Assembly (NCBI GenBank): GCA_964016885.1
Contig: OZ024740.1
Span: 274,908,001-274,972,000, forward strand
DNA: 64,000 nucleotides
Direction: 5' to 3'
Origin: Eledone cirrhosa
Taxonomy: Eukaryota
Positions 1 to 13,384 of this stretch are shown here, piece after piece. A program made the translations under genes and the position numbers. Under the pieces are notes generated by a model. It saw nothing but the letters and a program-made list of their open reading frames with translations. It did not search any database and was not told the DNA's origin. Position 1 is the first letter of the stretch, and each line of letters begins with the position of its first letter.

Positions 1-160
1 ATCCTCTTGATAAGTCGGCAGACCTCGCAAGGACTCTATATCTTTATGATGTATTGTTTTTGTTTATGCCACGAAACTACGTAGTCGAGGAATCTAGGAG
101 CAGTTTAGGTATGATACATTTTATTACTAATTATATCTAAATGTTTCTTCTCTCTTCATA

Positions 161-212
<52 letters not shown>

Positions 213-1486
213 GGTAGCACTAACATTGAGTGACTCATATTAGCGCATGCAATATCTTTATGTATTATAAACATACATAAGTAATGCTATGGATGTTTTA
301 TAACATATTGTATATGCTTTCATATAAACATCTATTATGAAACACGCTGTGTTAGTTCTACTGTTAATTGACCCGAGTTAGACAAGCTCGCTTAAATCAC
401 TCATAGCGACACTTCTGTATCTTTGTCAAACATAAACATATTATATATATTTCCCTATGCATGCTTAGTCCCATAACTCCCGAGGTAGTCATGCGGCTGC
501 CATGTTGATATACAGCCTTTCTACGGTATATTTTAAAACCTGGTGGAGCCAATCTCCTCTCCAGGTCTGAATACAGCAGATTTCTCCCAGGGAATGATAG
601 TAAGTGAGAGGATGGAAGTGAGAAAGAGATATAGAGGAAGAATCGACCCCAGTACTTGAATGGTACTTCTTTTATCGGCTTCGAATGGATGAAAAGCAAA
701 GTTGACCTTGGTAGAGAGCCGAAACGAATACCGCAAAGAATTCCGCAAAGATTTTTTAAAGATTCCTGTTTAACTTTCCTGGAGAACTTTCTCGCATTCA
801 TCGGTGACGGTTTCTATCAACAAATCATTCCAAAACTAACCTTATTTTTCTCTTTGCTGTCATCCCATTTTTATCAAAAGACATGTATCTTACACCTCAT
901 TAACCCCCCCCCCCCCCCCAAAAAAAAGAAACAGGCGCGCGTTCAAATTATTCTTTAAATATAGAAACTTGTTAAGGTTATTCTTCATAAATTAAGATAG
1001 TTGGTTTAGCTATTAGAAAAGAATTTGAAAAACATCTGGCTATTATATTCAGCAAAGGTCGTTTATTGAAATGGAACCAGCAGGAGAGCACTTTTACAAC
1101 GCTTTTCTAAAACACTTCTTAAACACCCTAACACCTCCCAACTCCACTCCCAATCAATTATCTTGCTCTTACCATTCACTACTTTCTGTATATATATCTA
1201 ATTCCTCTAAGTTTTCATCAACACCTCTTCACTCCATCACTCATTAACCCAACCCCCCACCCCAGACACAACCAAAATCTCTTATATAGTCACACAACCT
1301 GAGATCAGTTTGACAATCGCCTTCGACGAATGCGAGAAAGTTAATCAGGAATCTTGAAAAAATCTCCCCACCGAAGTTAACAAAGGACTTACTAGATCTA
1401 CAAAACCAAATTGTAAAATTATAATATTATAAAATTAAATTAAATTGTTTAGAACTACAAGTGAAGTCATTCTTTTCCTTTTTTTA

Positions 1487-1525
<39 letters not shown>

Positions 1526-1654
1526 CGTGCGTATGTTTGTGTATCTATGTATATATATATAGTATTCCCCAAAATATATACACTTTGATTATTTTTACAG
1601 GCAATATTTATTTGAATGCTGTTGAAGCACGTATACATTTTTTGAGACACCATG

Positions 1655-1706
<52 letters not shown>

Positions 1707-1973
1707 ATTGAATATGTTAACATTAACTTCATTCGAAATATGAGGGATACTTTTAGAATTTAGTTACAGATTATTTCACTAATGGTGGATTAAGGTTAGT
1801 TAACCCAACAACATCGTCAATGCACCAAGGCGGCATATGGAATATGCAAACGTATTTCTCACCAGTTACTTATAAATATGTTACATAATATCCTCGTTAA
1901 ATATGCAAACACAGGGTTTAAATTCTATAAATATCTCTTAGATTACTCTAAAAAATTAAGTTTTGTATATATG

Positions 1974-2004
<31 letters not shown>

Positions 2005-2041
2005 AGAGAGTGATAACTATTTGTTATATATATATATATAT

Positions 2042-3847
2042 GTCATGGCTGCCCCCTCGTTATCGAGTATGGCCATTGCACGAAAAAAAAATCATAATAA
2101 TAATAATTATAACGATACCAACAACAATAACAACAATAATAATAACGACAATAATAACAACAACAACAATAATAATATACACACATATATATATACACAC
2201 ACATAAACATATCTACACACACACACAAACGATAGCAATTAACAGCGCTGCGATCGAATGTGGCTTTTTAGCCCAGTCAATGATCTAAAATGTCTTGCAC
2301 AGTGTCGGCAACCAAAACATTCACTGGGAATAGCCGGCTGTGGTTGGAGTTCATGTACTTTTGCATGTCGTTTGAGCCCTCCTGCTGATTTACATTCTCT
2401 ACCACATGCTTGGCAAGCATGATGAGTAGCATCTCCAACAGCAGCCTGGTAGTCAACCACTGGTCTTACTTTATGACTGTGAAGATGACTTTCGAGTCCA
2501 GCTTTGCTGAGGCAGAGTCTCGCACAGACGCTGCGTGTCAGCGCCATAGGAGGATCCTCACCGTCTGGAAATGCAACAGTAATGCCCTTCCACACATCCA
2601 TCTATACTTTCTCGTATGCGATTCGAGATGCCTCAAAGGCAACTTTCCCCTCATATACAGTCTTTCTCCATTTATTACGATCAGCAGCAACATTTTCCCT
2701 TGTATCAGCAGATATGTTAGCGTCTTTCAAAGAGGCTTTCAAGGAATGCTTATACCTCTTTTTTGGTTTATGTGAAGGTCGTTTTCCTTTAACTAACTCT
2801 CCATAAAAGAGTTGTTTTGGTATTCTAGAATCCTTCATCCTGGCAAGGTGACCACTGCAACGGAGTCGTTGCTTAAGCACAAGAGCTTCTATACTGTCAC
2901 ACAGAGAGCTTTCCAAAATCTCGACATCGCTGATGTGGTCCCTCCAGTGAACGCCATGGATCTGTCTGAGACACATCTGATGGAAACGCTCCAAATGTTT
3001 AAGGTGGTGTCGATATGTGACCCAGGTCTCGCAGGCATAAAGAAGAGAAGAGAGCACACATGCCTTGTACACCTTTACCTTTGTCTTCTTGCATATGTCT
3101 CGCCGACCCCAGAGTCGCCTTTCTAGCTTTCCGAAAGCATCACTTGCTTTCCTAATCCTGAGTGGGGTTTCTCTGTCAAGGTTGCTGTATCGATTGACAG
3201 TGTTTCCCAGGTAGACAAACTGATCAACCACTCCAAGTCGTTTACCATACACATAGATATTTGGCTCACTGTACTGCTTACCAGGGGCAGGTTGGTACAT
3301 GACGATGGTTTTCTTGAGACTGACAGTCAATCCTAGGGCAGTGCAAGCATCATAAAATGCATTCAAAATGTGGTGCATATCACTCTCTGATCGCTACAAG
3401 ATCGCAATCATCTGCATACAAGAGGTCTCTTATGAGTGATGTAAATACTTTTGTTTTTGCAGCAAAGCGCCTGATGTTAAATATGCTGCCTGAGGTTCGA
3501 TATCGGATGTAAACACCATGCTCGCAATTCTTGAATGCAATATAGAAAACCATTGCAAAGTATATGGCAAACAGGGTCGGTGCTGGAATATCCCCCTGTT
3601 TCACTCCATTTTTTACTGAGATAGGCTCCGACATGTTACCTCCGACATTAACCCAAGCCTTCATGTCGTCATGGAAAGACCTAACCAAAGCAAGGAACTT
3701 ATCAGGGCAACCAAGTTTCTGGAGAATCTTCCATAATGCATTTCTGTTAACAGTATCGAAAGCTTTTGTCAGATCGACAAAAACCTGATACAGATCCAAA
3801 CCTTGTTTCATGCACTTCTCCTGGAGCTGTCTGGCTGAGAAGATCAT
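2042..3847 (-). mobile_element. 5'-truncated RTE-clade (BovB-like) LINE with its 3' tail, flanked by microsatellites
   Basis: RT pseudogene at 2239-3847, then a microsatellite-expanded 3'UTR, then the terminal motif GCAATGGCCATACTCGATAACGAGGGGGCAGCCATGACA (reverse complement of 2041-2079). The 5' end abuts (TACA)n. Confidence 0.9.
2239..3847 (-). pseudogene. RTE-type reverse transcriptase C-terminal half plus three C2H2-like zinc fingers, disrupted
   Basis: Motifs MIFSARQLQEKC, FVDLTKAFDTVNR, GVKQGDIPAPTLF, LLYADDCDLVA, FVYLG, LLYACETW, GHLARMKDSRIPKQLFYGEL. Frameshift at ~3379 and in-frame TAG at 2602-2604. Fingers: CARLCLSKAGLESHLHSH, CQACGRECKSAGGLKRHAKVH, CRHCARHFRSLTGLKSH. Confidence 0.93.
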
Positions 3848-4123
3848 ATATATATACATACATACATACATACATACATACATACATACATACATACATA
3901 CATACATACATACACACATACATACATAGATACATACATACATATAGAGAGAGAGGGATGGAGGGAGAGAGTAAGAGAGGGGAGAGTAAGAGAGAAAAAG
4001 ATATATGTATATATGTGGTGTGTATGTATATATACATACAAACATACATGAATTACCTGTGCAGTCTAGAGAGATATGGAGAAAGGGAGAGAGGGGAGAG
4101 AGAGAGAGAAAGAGAAAGAGAGA

Positions 4124-4165
<42 letters not shown>

Positions 4166-4172
4166 GGGGGGA

Positions 4173-4216
<44 letters not shown>

Positions 4217-4609
4217 GACCCACACTACTGGACTGGTACTTATAAATATCGAAAAGATGAACATATCATAAGGTATTTTAGCTGACAGCCCCAGCAATTC
4301 TGCCAATTGCCACCTTATGTATATGATGAAGAGTTTAGAATAAGACGTTTCGACACTATAACTTTTTTTAATATTGGGGATTAGCATTGAATCTGAAGTG
4401 CAATAGCACTAGAGCAGACATTGATGTCTGAGCAGAACGAAATTTGATATTCCGCTTAGTATTCTAATTAACTTTTCTGCTAATTGAAACTCGTTGGGTT
4501 AACATTATTGACTAAATCTTTGCTAATGAGGTTTTCTAATTTAGTACAAAACACATGGCCAACAATTTTCGTGGGATGGAAAAGTCGATTAAATCGACAC
4601 CAGTACATA

Positions 4610-4790
4610 GAGCTGACCATGTCTACCTGTGCCCTCAATCAGTGCCGGTCCCATGCCAACCCCTCTCTACCCTCCAAGGTGACGTCGAGCCTCTGGAGAT
4701 TTTCTTTAATAACATCCAGTCATCTTGTGCGGGGCCTACCACGGGGCCCCTTTTAGCCAGCAGCTGCCACGTCGAAGGAGAATAAGGCCC
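4610..4790 (-). mobile_element. RTE-like LINE 3' ORF fragment
   Basis: Minus strand translates as KGPRGRPRTRWLDVIKENLQRLDVTLEGREGLAWDR, the typical RTE C-terminal GRP..RW.D / A.DR pattern. Confidence 0.65.
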
Positions 4791-4849
4791 CAATAGAATA
4801 GTTTAGTGGGGGGGGGGATGAGGACATGTCTGTACTATCTTCTCTTCCA

Positions 4850-5722
4850 CCAGTGTATTACTGGTACTCTATATTATCGACCCCGTGAGGCAAAGTTAAC
4901 CTCAGCAGGATTTGAAGTCAGTACGTAAAGGGATGTAACTATATGCCGATAAGAAACTTTGCTGATATTGGTTTCTCATTTAGGCACAGGGCCAGCAATT
5001 TGAAGAGAAAACCCAGGTGAGGGGAAATCAATAAACTCGACCGAAATGATTTATTGCAACCATATTTTATCGACCCCGGAGAGATGAAAGGTAAAAGGAT
5101 TTGAATTCAGAAGGATAGTTGACGTTTGAATTCAGAGTGATTGATGGGATTCGAACTCAGAATTTGAGGAACTGGATCAAATACTGCAAATCACTTTCGT
5201 CGGTCCTCTAACGATTCTGCCTATCTACCATCGAAGGTGCAAATAATTATTTCTAACATAGGCACAATTTATAGCAATCTAAGGGAAAATAAAAGCCAAT
5301 CATATCGACCCTAGTACTTAACTGGTACTTTATTTTATTGATCTCGGAAGGACGAACGACAAAGTTGACCATGGTGGGATTTGAACTCAATGCGTAGACA
5401 CCCTGACCGAATACTGAAATGTATTCTATATGACGCTCTAACGATTCCGCCAATCCACTGACCTCAAAAGTGCCAATAAGGAAATTAATTTCTCAAACAC
5501 CTGTAACAAAATAAACCAAAATTACTAACACAAGTACAGGCTCGAAAATCTAGAATAAGGTATTAGTCTATTAAATCAATCCCAGTACTTGACTGGTATC
5601 TTATCAACCCAAGAAAGATGAAAGAAACAGTTGATGTCGGCAAGATTTAAACTTAGAAGTATATAATTGGATTAAACGGCACATGTTATTTCGTCCGACG
5701 CTCTTATGATTCTTCCAAGCCA
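4850..5722 (-). mobile_element. Cluster of about four degraded tRNA-derived SINE copies
   Basis: Repeated core ACTGGTACTTTATTTTATCGACCCC...GATGAAAGGCAAAGTTRACCTCGG...GATTTGAACTC (reverse complement of B-box and core). Confidence 0.8.
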
Positions 5723-5725
5723 CGT

Positions 5726-6230
5726 AATAATTGATTCTAGTTTAGGCACAAGGTCAGCGATTTAGGGGAGAGGAAAGTCGATTAGATCGACCCCAGTGCG
5801 TTACTGGTACTTTATTTTATCGACCACGTAAGGGTGAAAGGCAAAGTTAACTTCAGCTAGATTTGAAATCAGAACGTAAAAGGCCGTAATTATTTGCCAC
5901 AAAGCATGTTGTCCGATGCTCTACCGACACTGCCAATCCAGTGCATTAGTGGTACTTCATTTTATGGACCCCGTAAGGATGAAAGGCAAAGCTAACCTCG
6001 GTGGGATTTGAAATCAAAACGTACAGGGCCGTAATTATTTGCAACAAAGCATGTTGCTCCGACGCTCTACCGACACTGCCAATCCAGTGCATTACTGGTA
6101 CTTCATTTTATCGACCCCGTAAGGAGGAAAGGCAAAGCTGACCTCGGCTAGATTTGAAATCAGAGCGTAAAGGGACGTAACTATATGCCACAAAACATGT
6201 CCAACGCTCTACCGATACTGCCAATCCACC
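5726..6230 (-). mobile_element. Trimeric tRNA-derived SINE (three head+core units, one tail)
   Basis: Three ~145-bp units joined at GCCAATCCAGTGCATTA. In element sense each has an A-box-like TGGCAGTRTCGGT and a B-box-like GATTTCAAATC. Confidence 0.8.
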
Positions 6231-6334
6231 GTCCTTCTAAACCAAGCCACGCCACGTATAATAATTTCTTTATTAGCCACGCGGGGCTCTCCAAGCCACG
6301 TAATAATATATCTTTTAATATTTTACCTTGTTCC

Positions 6335-6395
<61 letters not shown>

Positions 6396-6826
6396 CTTGC
6401 AAGTATTATTATTAGTTTATTTTGAGTTCATTGCCATTAACTAAGTAAGCAAACAAACAAGAACGAAGGTAAAATATATATTTTTAAAAATATATAAAAA
6501 TAACGCGTTTAGCAAATAAAAGTAAGATAACAAAGGAAGGCAAGTAAGCATGAAATAAAGACATATGAAAAGGAAGAAAAGAAAATTATTCCTATACTTA
6601 CTATATAATCTTTCCTTTTCAAACCTGACGATAGATTCGGATCACTAGCAATGCATATCTCCAGTTATTTCTTCGCTTCCTCCTTTTGTTGTTGTTGTTC
6701 ATGATATGGTAGTTATTTTAACTTTTTGTCAACGTTTTATATGAGTTTATTTTTGTCAATTTTGAGCATATTTCTGTAGTATTTTTAAATGTTACACACC
6801 TACAAACACACACACACACAACCGCA

Positions 6827-7379
<553 letters not shown>

Positions 7380-8693
7380 CAAATATGAATGCCGAAGTTC
7401 TAAATGTGCTTACTACGCCGTAGTGACAGAGTTGTTAGAACATAAAATAAAATCCTTTGCTCTATTTATGGGCTCCGACAGTTTTAAAAAGTCCAAGAAA
7501 CGCCGCATGTCACGATGCTACACCAATGACTTCATCAGGGCTTACAGTTAGTTTGAGTTGACTACGATGTTTTGAGCTGCGATCAGTTGATCCATTTTCA
7601 TTACCTATATATTTTCTAATACAACGTTATACCATACATTTAACGTAATCCCTGCTGCATGCAGAACGCTTCATAATGACTTTTAGAATTGGTTTGTATT
7701 CACTTTACTGTCAATAAATCTACAAATATCTACTTGAATACTTGTGGATTGTTCTTGTTGCTTTTCCCTACATCAACCTTATTTAAGTAAACTTATAGTG
7801 AAAGACTTTCCAGCCATGACTATCCTGCAGAAGCAGAATGCAATTATTTACCAGTTCACCTTTATCACCTTGTCTTTTTAAGGGTATCTAGTATAGGATC
7901 ATAGTATTTTTGACAGTCGATCGATCACATAGACGCCCCTTTGTTTACTCGTTACCAACTGTTAAGTGCTGGAGCTATAATACAATAATACAAATGTTCC
8001 TTTGTTAAATCTCAGCTCAAACTGATCATTTAAGATAAGACTCGAGTCAAGTGAAAAGTTTACTTTTGGTAAACTAGTATTGTATCCAACGAGTTGGTTA
8101 TTTTTGATTCCCCAAATGCTACAGAATCTGCTGTTAAGCATTAAAACTTTTAACTTCTTGCGATTCATTAAATAACTAATATTAACTCTGTTTTGCGATG
8201 CCCATTGAACTAACACTAAGTAATACAGACAAATGCTCACTGTGAATGAAAATAGAAAGATGCCTTACCCTGCAACTATAGTGAGCTTTGAGGAACAACA
8301 TTTACACTATATAAACAACTGGAAATAAAGAAGACTATCTCCCAGCTCATATAATAAGAACTAGATATATTATTGTTCGTACATGGGGCGGTTTTCTGCC
8401 TTAGAACTAGCGGACCGTGGATACCAACCTTCATAGTTATCTTAGTCGTGCCATTTAGCTCAGATGAAATTGTTTAATTTGGAAAAAGAAAACCGGTTGT
8501 ATTATTGTATATCTACCATGGTCTCATTCCTCGATACTTATAAATGTTCAAATATATGAGATTGAATCAACAAAACTGAAGATAATGGGAAATACTTACA
8601 CAGGTTCGTAATACTTTTCACATCCTAACATTGTATAAATGTATGTATGTATGTATGTATGTATGTATGTATGTATGTATGTATGTATGTATG

Positions 8694-9103
8694 AGAGATG
8701 ACCCCTTAGCCTTTGTCAAGGCAGAATTCTAGGAGAAGGAAAACTCTGATATAACACCTGCAACCCTGATGGTATCCAATGATGTTGACTTGTTCTTCTT
8801 TTTAGTAAATATCATCTTGGTTAAGAGAGTGGGACTGGCTTTGTGCAGTGCCTTTGCTCACTATAAAAGCTTCACGGCACAGGCATTGCTTTATATCTGG
8901 AGATCTCTCTGCACTTGTCGTCACATGGTACCATGGGCCCAGCACTATGTGTCAGTAATTGTCACAAGTGTAGTGTTTCTACCAGAGTTTTCAAGTCGCT
9001 AGCTGGACTAAAAAGTCACACTTGTTCAGCACATCGTTAGGGGTTCTCCTACATGGTTATAAAGTAGTGTCCGTACTCGAAAACGAGTTGGCAGCCACCA
9101 CCA
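8694..9103 (+). mobile_element. Non-autonomous bipartite RTE-derived element (family E), copy 1
   Basis: Near-identical to 9561-9967, 10820-11310, 11643-12255 and 16368-16913. Ends in an RTE-like tail GTACTCGAAAACGAGTTGGCAGCCACC(ATGT)n. Confidence 0.85.
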
Positions 9104-9171
9104 TGTATGTATGTATGCATGTATGCATGTATGTATGTATGTATGTATGTATGTATGTATGTATGTATGTA

Positions 9172-9245
<74 letters not shown>

Positions 9246-9256
9246 CGTATGTATGT

Positions 9257-9512
9257 GTGTCCTTGAGCAAGACACTTTATTTCACGTTGCTCGAGTTTAC
9301 TCAGCTGTAGGAATGAGTTGTGACGTGACTGGTGTCAAGCTGTATCGGCCACTGCCTTGCCCTTGGACAACATCAGTGACGTGGAGAGGGGAGGTTGGAA
9401 TACATGAGCGACTGCTGGTCTTCCACAAACAACCTGGATTGTGCCCCGGGGGGAAACATTCTAGGTGCAAATCCCATGGCCATGAATGACCAAAAGGGTC
9501 TTTACCTTTACC
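9257..9512 (+). mobile_element. 5'-truncated SINE of a second family (TTGAGCAAGACACTTTATTTCACGTTGCTC core)
   Basis: Core shared with ~9975-10240, 47518-47810 and ~48385-48485 (-). Ends in a (CTTTAC)n-like tail. Confidence 0.65.
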
Positions 9513-9560
9513 TATGTGTATCTTTGTATGTAAGTATATATGAATGTATGTATATGTGAT

Positions 9561-9967
9561 GAGATGACACCTTAGCCTTTGTCAAGGCAGAATTCTAGGA
9601 GAAGGAAAACTCTGATATAACACCTGCAACTCTGATGGTATCCAATGATGTTGACTTGTTCTTCTTTTTGGTAAATATCATCTTGGTTAAGAGAGTGGGA
9701 CTGGCTTTGTGCAGTGCCTTTGCTCACTATAAAAGCTTCATGGCACAGGCATTGCTTTATATCTGGAGATCTCTCTGCACTTGTCGTCACATGGTACCAT
9801 GGGCCCAGCACTATGTGTCAATAATTGTCACAAGTGTAGTGTTTGTACCAGAGTTTTCAAGTCGCTGGCTGGACTAAAAGGTCACACTCGTTCAGCACAT
9901 CGTTAGGGGTTCTCCTACATGGCTATAAAGTAGTGGCCATACTCGAAAACGAGTTGGCAGCCACCAT
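9561..9967 (+). mobile_element. Family E copy 2
   Basis: Direct sequence similarity to the other family E copies. Confidence 0.85.
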
Positions 9968-10255
9968 GTATATGTGAAGGGACGAGGTTTAGATATTAAG
10001 GTGTTTGCATAACGTTCATAATGTTGAGAGTTCAATTCCAAATAACGCATGATGTCTTTGAGCAAGATATTTATTTCACGTTGCTCCAGTCCACGTTGCT
10101 CCAGCTGGCAAAAGTGAGTCTTGGCATTGCATTAAGGAATTGTGCCTGTGGAATACTCAACCGCTTGCACATTAATGTCAAAAACAGGTTGTCACCAATA
10201 AACCGGAGCAATCGTCGTAGGAACAGACATACATCCAATACGCATGTATGTATGT

Positions 10256-10655
10256 ATCCTGCGGGATGAAATACAAGACCCGTCGAAGGGCGGAGGAACT
10301 CAGCAGAGTCAACGGCCATCCAAATAGTACTTTTTTTTGCACCTGGGTGTGAAAGACCTCGAGTTGTTGTCACAACACCTTTCTAGGAGAGGGAAACTCT
10401 GAAAAAAAAAACCTTCGGCTTCGGAAACATCCGATAATGTTGACCAGTTCTCCCTTTCTGGTAGTGGTTTCGATGCTCAGAGAGTGGGATTTGTCGAGTG
10501 CAAGGCCTTTCCCCGCATAAAAAACCTTCAAAGCACAGGTATTGCTTGTTCAGGTTATGTTACAGGTTCGTGTGGCTGGCCGTAGCCTAAAGGTGCACCA
10601 CTTTCTGTAATCTGACAAGCGATTGCAATACTCTTAGCAGAGTTTGCAGCCATCG
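10256..10655 (+). mobile_element. Family E-related RTE-derived non-autonomous element, sister subfamily of 50944-51458
   Basis: Shares GAGTCAACGGCCATCC, GATRATGTTGAC and GAGAGTGGGA blocks with family E, but has a different 3' end (CTTAGCAGAGTTTGCAGCCATC). Confidence 0.75.
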
Positions 10656-10661
10656 TATGTG

Positions 10662-10776
<115 letters not shown>

Positions 10777-10819
10777 ATGTGAGTATGTGTTTATGTATGT
10801 ATATATGTATGTATGTTTT

Positions 10820-11310
10820 TATGGACATCCTGCAGGACTAAAAACAAAACCTGTCAAAGGGCAAAGGAGCTCTTAAGAGTCAATGGCCATCCAAAATCAC
10901 CGGGAGAGATGACCCCTTAGCCTTTGTCAAGGCAGAATTCTATGAAAAGGAAAATCAGATATAACACCTGCAACTCTGATGGTATCCAATGATGTTGACT
11001 TGTTCTTCTTTTTGGTAAATATGATCTTGGTTAAGAAAGTGGGACTGGCTCTGTGCAGTGCCTTTCAAAACTATAACAGCTTCACGGCACAGGCATTGCT
11101 TTATATCTGGAGATCTCTCTGCACTTGTCGTCACATGGTACCATGGGCCCAGCACTATGTGTCAATAATGGTCACAAGTGTAGTGTTTGAACCAGAGTTT
11201 TCAAGTGGCTGGCTGGGCTAAAAAGTCACACTCATTCAGCGCATCGGTAGGGGTTCTCCTACATGGATATAAAGTAGTTGCCATACTCGAAAACGAGTTG
11301 GCAGCCATCA
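10820..11310 (+). mobile_element. Family E copy 3
   Basis: Direct similarity; extends about 85 bp further 5' than copies 1 and 2. Confidence 0.85.
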
Positions 11311-11642
11311 TGTATTTATGTATGTATATATCTATGTGTATATATATATATATGTATCTATTTATGTATATACATATTTGTGAATGTATGTATGCATGTA
11401 GATATTTATGAATGTATGTATATGTGTATGTATGTATATGTGTGTATGTATGTATGTATGTATGTATATGTGTATATGTGTGCATGTGTGTATGTATGTA
11501 TATGTGTGTATGTATGCATATATGTATGTGTGTATGAATGTATGTATGTACATATTTATGAGTGTGCGTATCTAAGTATCTATTTATGTATGAGTGCGTG
11601 TGTGTGTATCTATGTAGGATTATGTGTATGTATGTATGCAAT

Positions 11643-12255
11643 AAGGGGTCATCTCTCCCGGTGATTTTGGATGGCCATTGACTCTTAAGAGCTCCTTTTC
11701 CCTTTGACAGATTTTGTTTTTAGTCCTGCAGGATGTCCAAAGTCACCCTCCTCACCAAGAAACCTTGGTGGGGTTGCCAGTTTAGTCGCCAACGATCCGA
11801 CCATGAGACAGGTTGTACTGGGATACATGTTACCAGTAGCACCAACTGGAGATGACCCCTTAGCCTTTGTCAAGGCAGAATTCTAGGAGAAGGAAAACTC
11901 TGATATAACACCTGCAACCCTGATGGTATCCAATGACGTTGACTTGTTCTTCTTTTTGGTAAATATCATCTTGGTTAAGAGAGTGGGACTGGCTTTGTGC
12001 AGTGCCTTTGCTCACTATAAAAGCTTCACGGCACAGGCATTGCTTTATATCTGGAGATCTCTCTGCACTTGTAGTCACATGGTACCATGGGCCCAGCACT
12101 ATGTGTCAATAATTGTCATAAGTGTAGTGTTTGTAGCAGAGTTTTCAAGTCGCTGCCTGGACTAAAAAGTCACACTCGTTCAGCGCATCGGTAGGGATTC
12201 TCCTACATGGATATAAATTAGTGGCCGTACTCGAAAACGAGTTGGCAGCCACCAT
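11643..12255 (+). mobile_element. Family E copy 4, with inverted 5' part
   Basis: 11643-11848 is the reverse complement of the element's 5' region (compare 16368-16522). 11849-12255 is in sense orientation. Confidence 0.85.
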
Positions 12256-12609
12256 GTATGCAATAATAAATTGACAAACAATTTAATTGCATTTCAAACA
12301 GTAGAATTGACGAAAGCAACATATTATGATAGGTTTATTGACACTTAAAATCCTCATTCAACATCACCACCATACAAGTGTGAAATACAAAAGAGTTATT
12401 ACAATAACACTTGCAGATATTAGTCCTGTTCAACATGAATCCTTACGATCTATCTTCTCATTGATTATATAAATGGCAGCCTGTTGTTCAGAAATTGTTA
12501 ACAGCCAAGCATACACACGGAAAATGTTTCTTCACTCACAGTTGTATATGCGGTCACTGAAAAATAAAGGTTAAAGTAATATAAACTTTTTCTGTTTCCT
12601 TTTTCTCTA

Positions 12610-12784
12610 TGAGGGTCAGCTGGAAAGTTCATATGCTGAATTTGAAGGAATGATGCTTTAATTCCAACTCTTCTTATTAATAACTGCATTGTTTCTTTCC
12701 AGGGACTATGTTAAAAAATAAACCTCATTTTGTCATTCCATGAGAGTATCTTACTCAGCCTGTGAACTATTCAGCCGACCATCG
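12610..12784. mobile_element. Tc1/mariner-type MITE
   Basis: TA|TGAGGGTCAGCTGGAAAGTTCAT...GTGAACTATTCAGCCGACCATCG|TA: imperfect TIRs with TA flanks. Related to 49324-49537. Confidence 0.7.
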
Positions 12785-12976
12785 TATTTCAATTTTTTCA
12801 GCCCCAATTAATAATAGCCCAATATAAACAGAGATAGACACATGCAAACTGATTAAATCATAGGGGCACCGTCATAACATACGGCGTGTTTGGGGATTTT
12901 AATCCTAGAAGGGCTCATAACGTTTCTACGTTTGGATTGGATAGCTAATGTATTTCAGAGAGAGAGTGAGAGTGAG

Positions 12977-13067
<91 letters not shown>

Positions 13068-13384
13068 AGAGAGAGAGGTGGGAGAGAATCTAATCCAGCT
13101 CTGGACTGGTACTTTCTCGTCTTCGAATGGATGAATGACAAAATTTACATTAGATGAACTTGAACTTAAAGCGCATAGAAACAACGAAAGCAACAAAATA
13201 GTGACATCAACAAAAAAAGTGTATGTTTAAGATAGTAACATGTAAAGGGAAAGAGATTAATCACCCAATGAAATACGTTTTCTTCATTATAACTACTAAA
13301 ATTGCTTTGATGGATAGCTATCTAATATAGATGATGTACATAGAAAATTTATCAACTCAAGACTAAGAATAATATACAAGACTA

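Noticed and set aside
749-1365. ~50-bp inverted similarity between ~749-807 and ~1318-1365
   Set aside because: Diverged, with no TSD or defined termini; the element cannot be defined.
3848-4387. N-terminal part of the 335-aa ORF 3380-4387
   Set aside because: Microsatellite and SINE-remnant sequence fused by chance to the truncated RT frame.
7470-7545. Degenerate HHR-like strings at 7470-7545(-), ~15308-15340(+) and ~42250-42296(-)
   Set aside because: Core nucleotides are mutated or stems are missing; not supportable individually.
8270-8319. Minus-strand segment bounded by TTTCCAG and GTAAGG resembling a 50-nt exon
   Set aside because: Stops occur in all three frames and no neighbouring exons were identified; it needs RNA-seq.
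8769-9002. Repeated ~80-aa ORF MVSNDVDLFFFL in five copies
   Set aside because: It lies within the non-autonomous family E repeat; conservation reflects copy youth, and one copy lacks the start.
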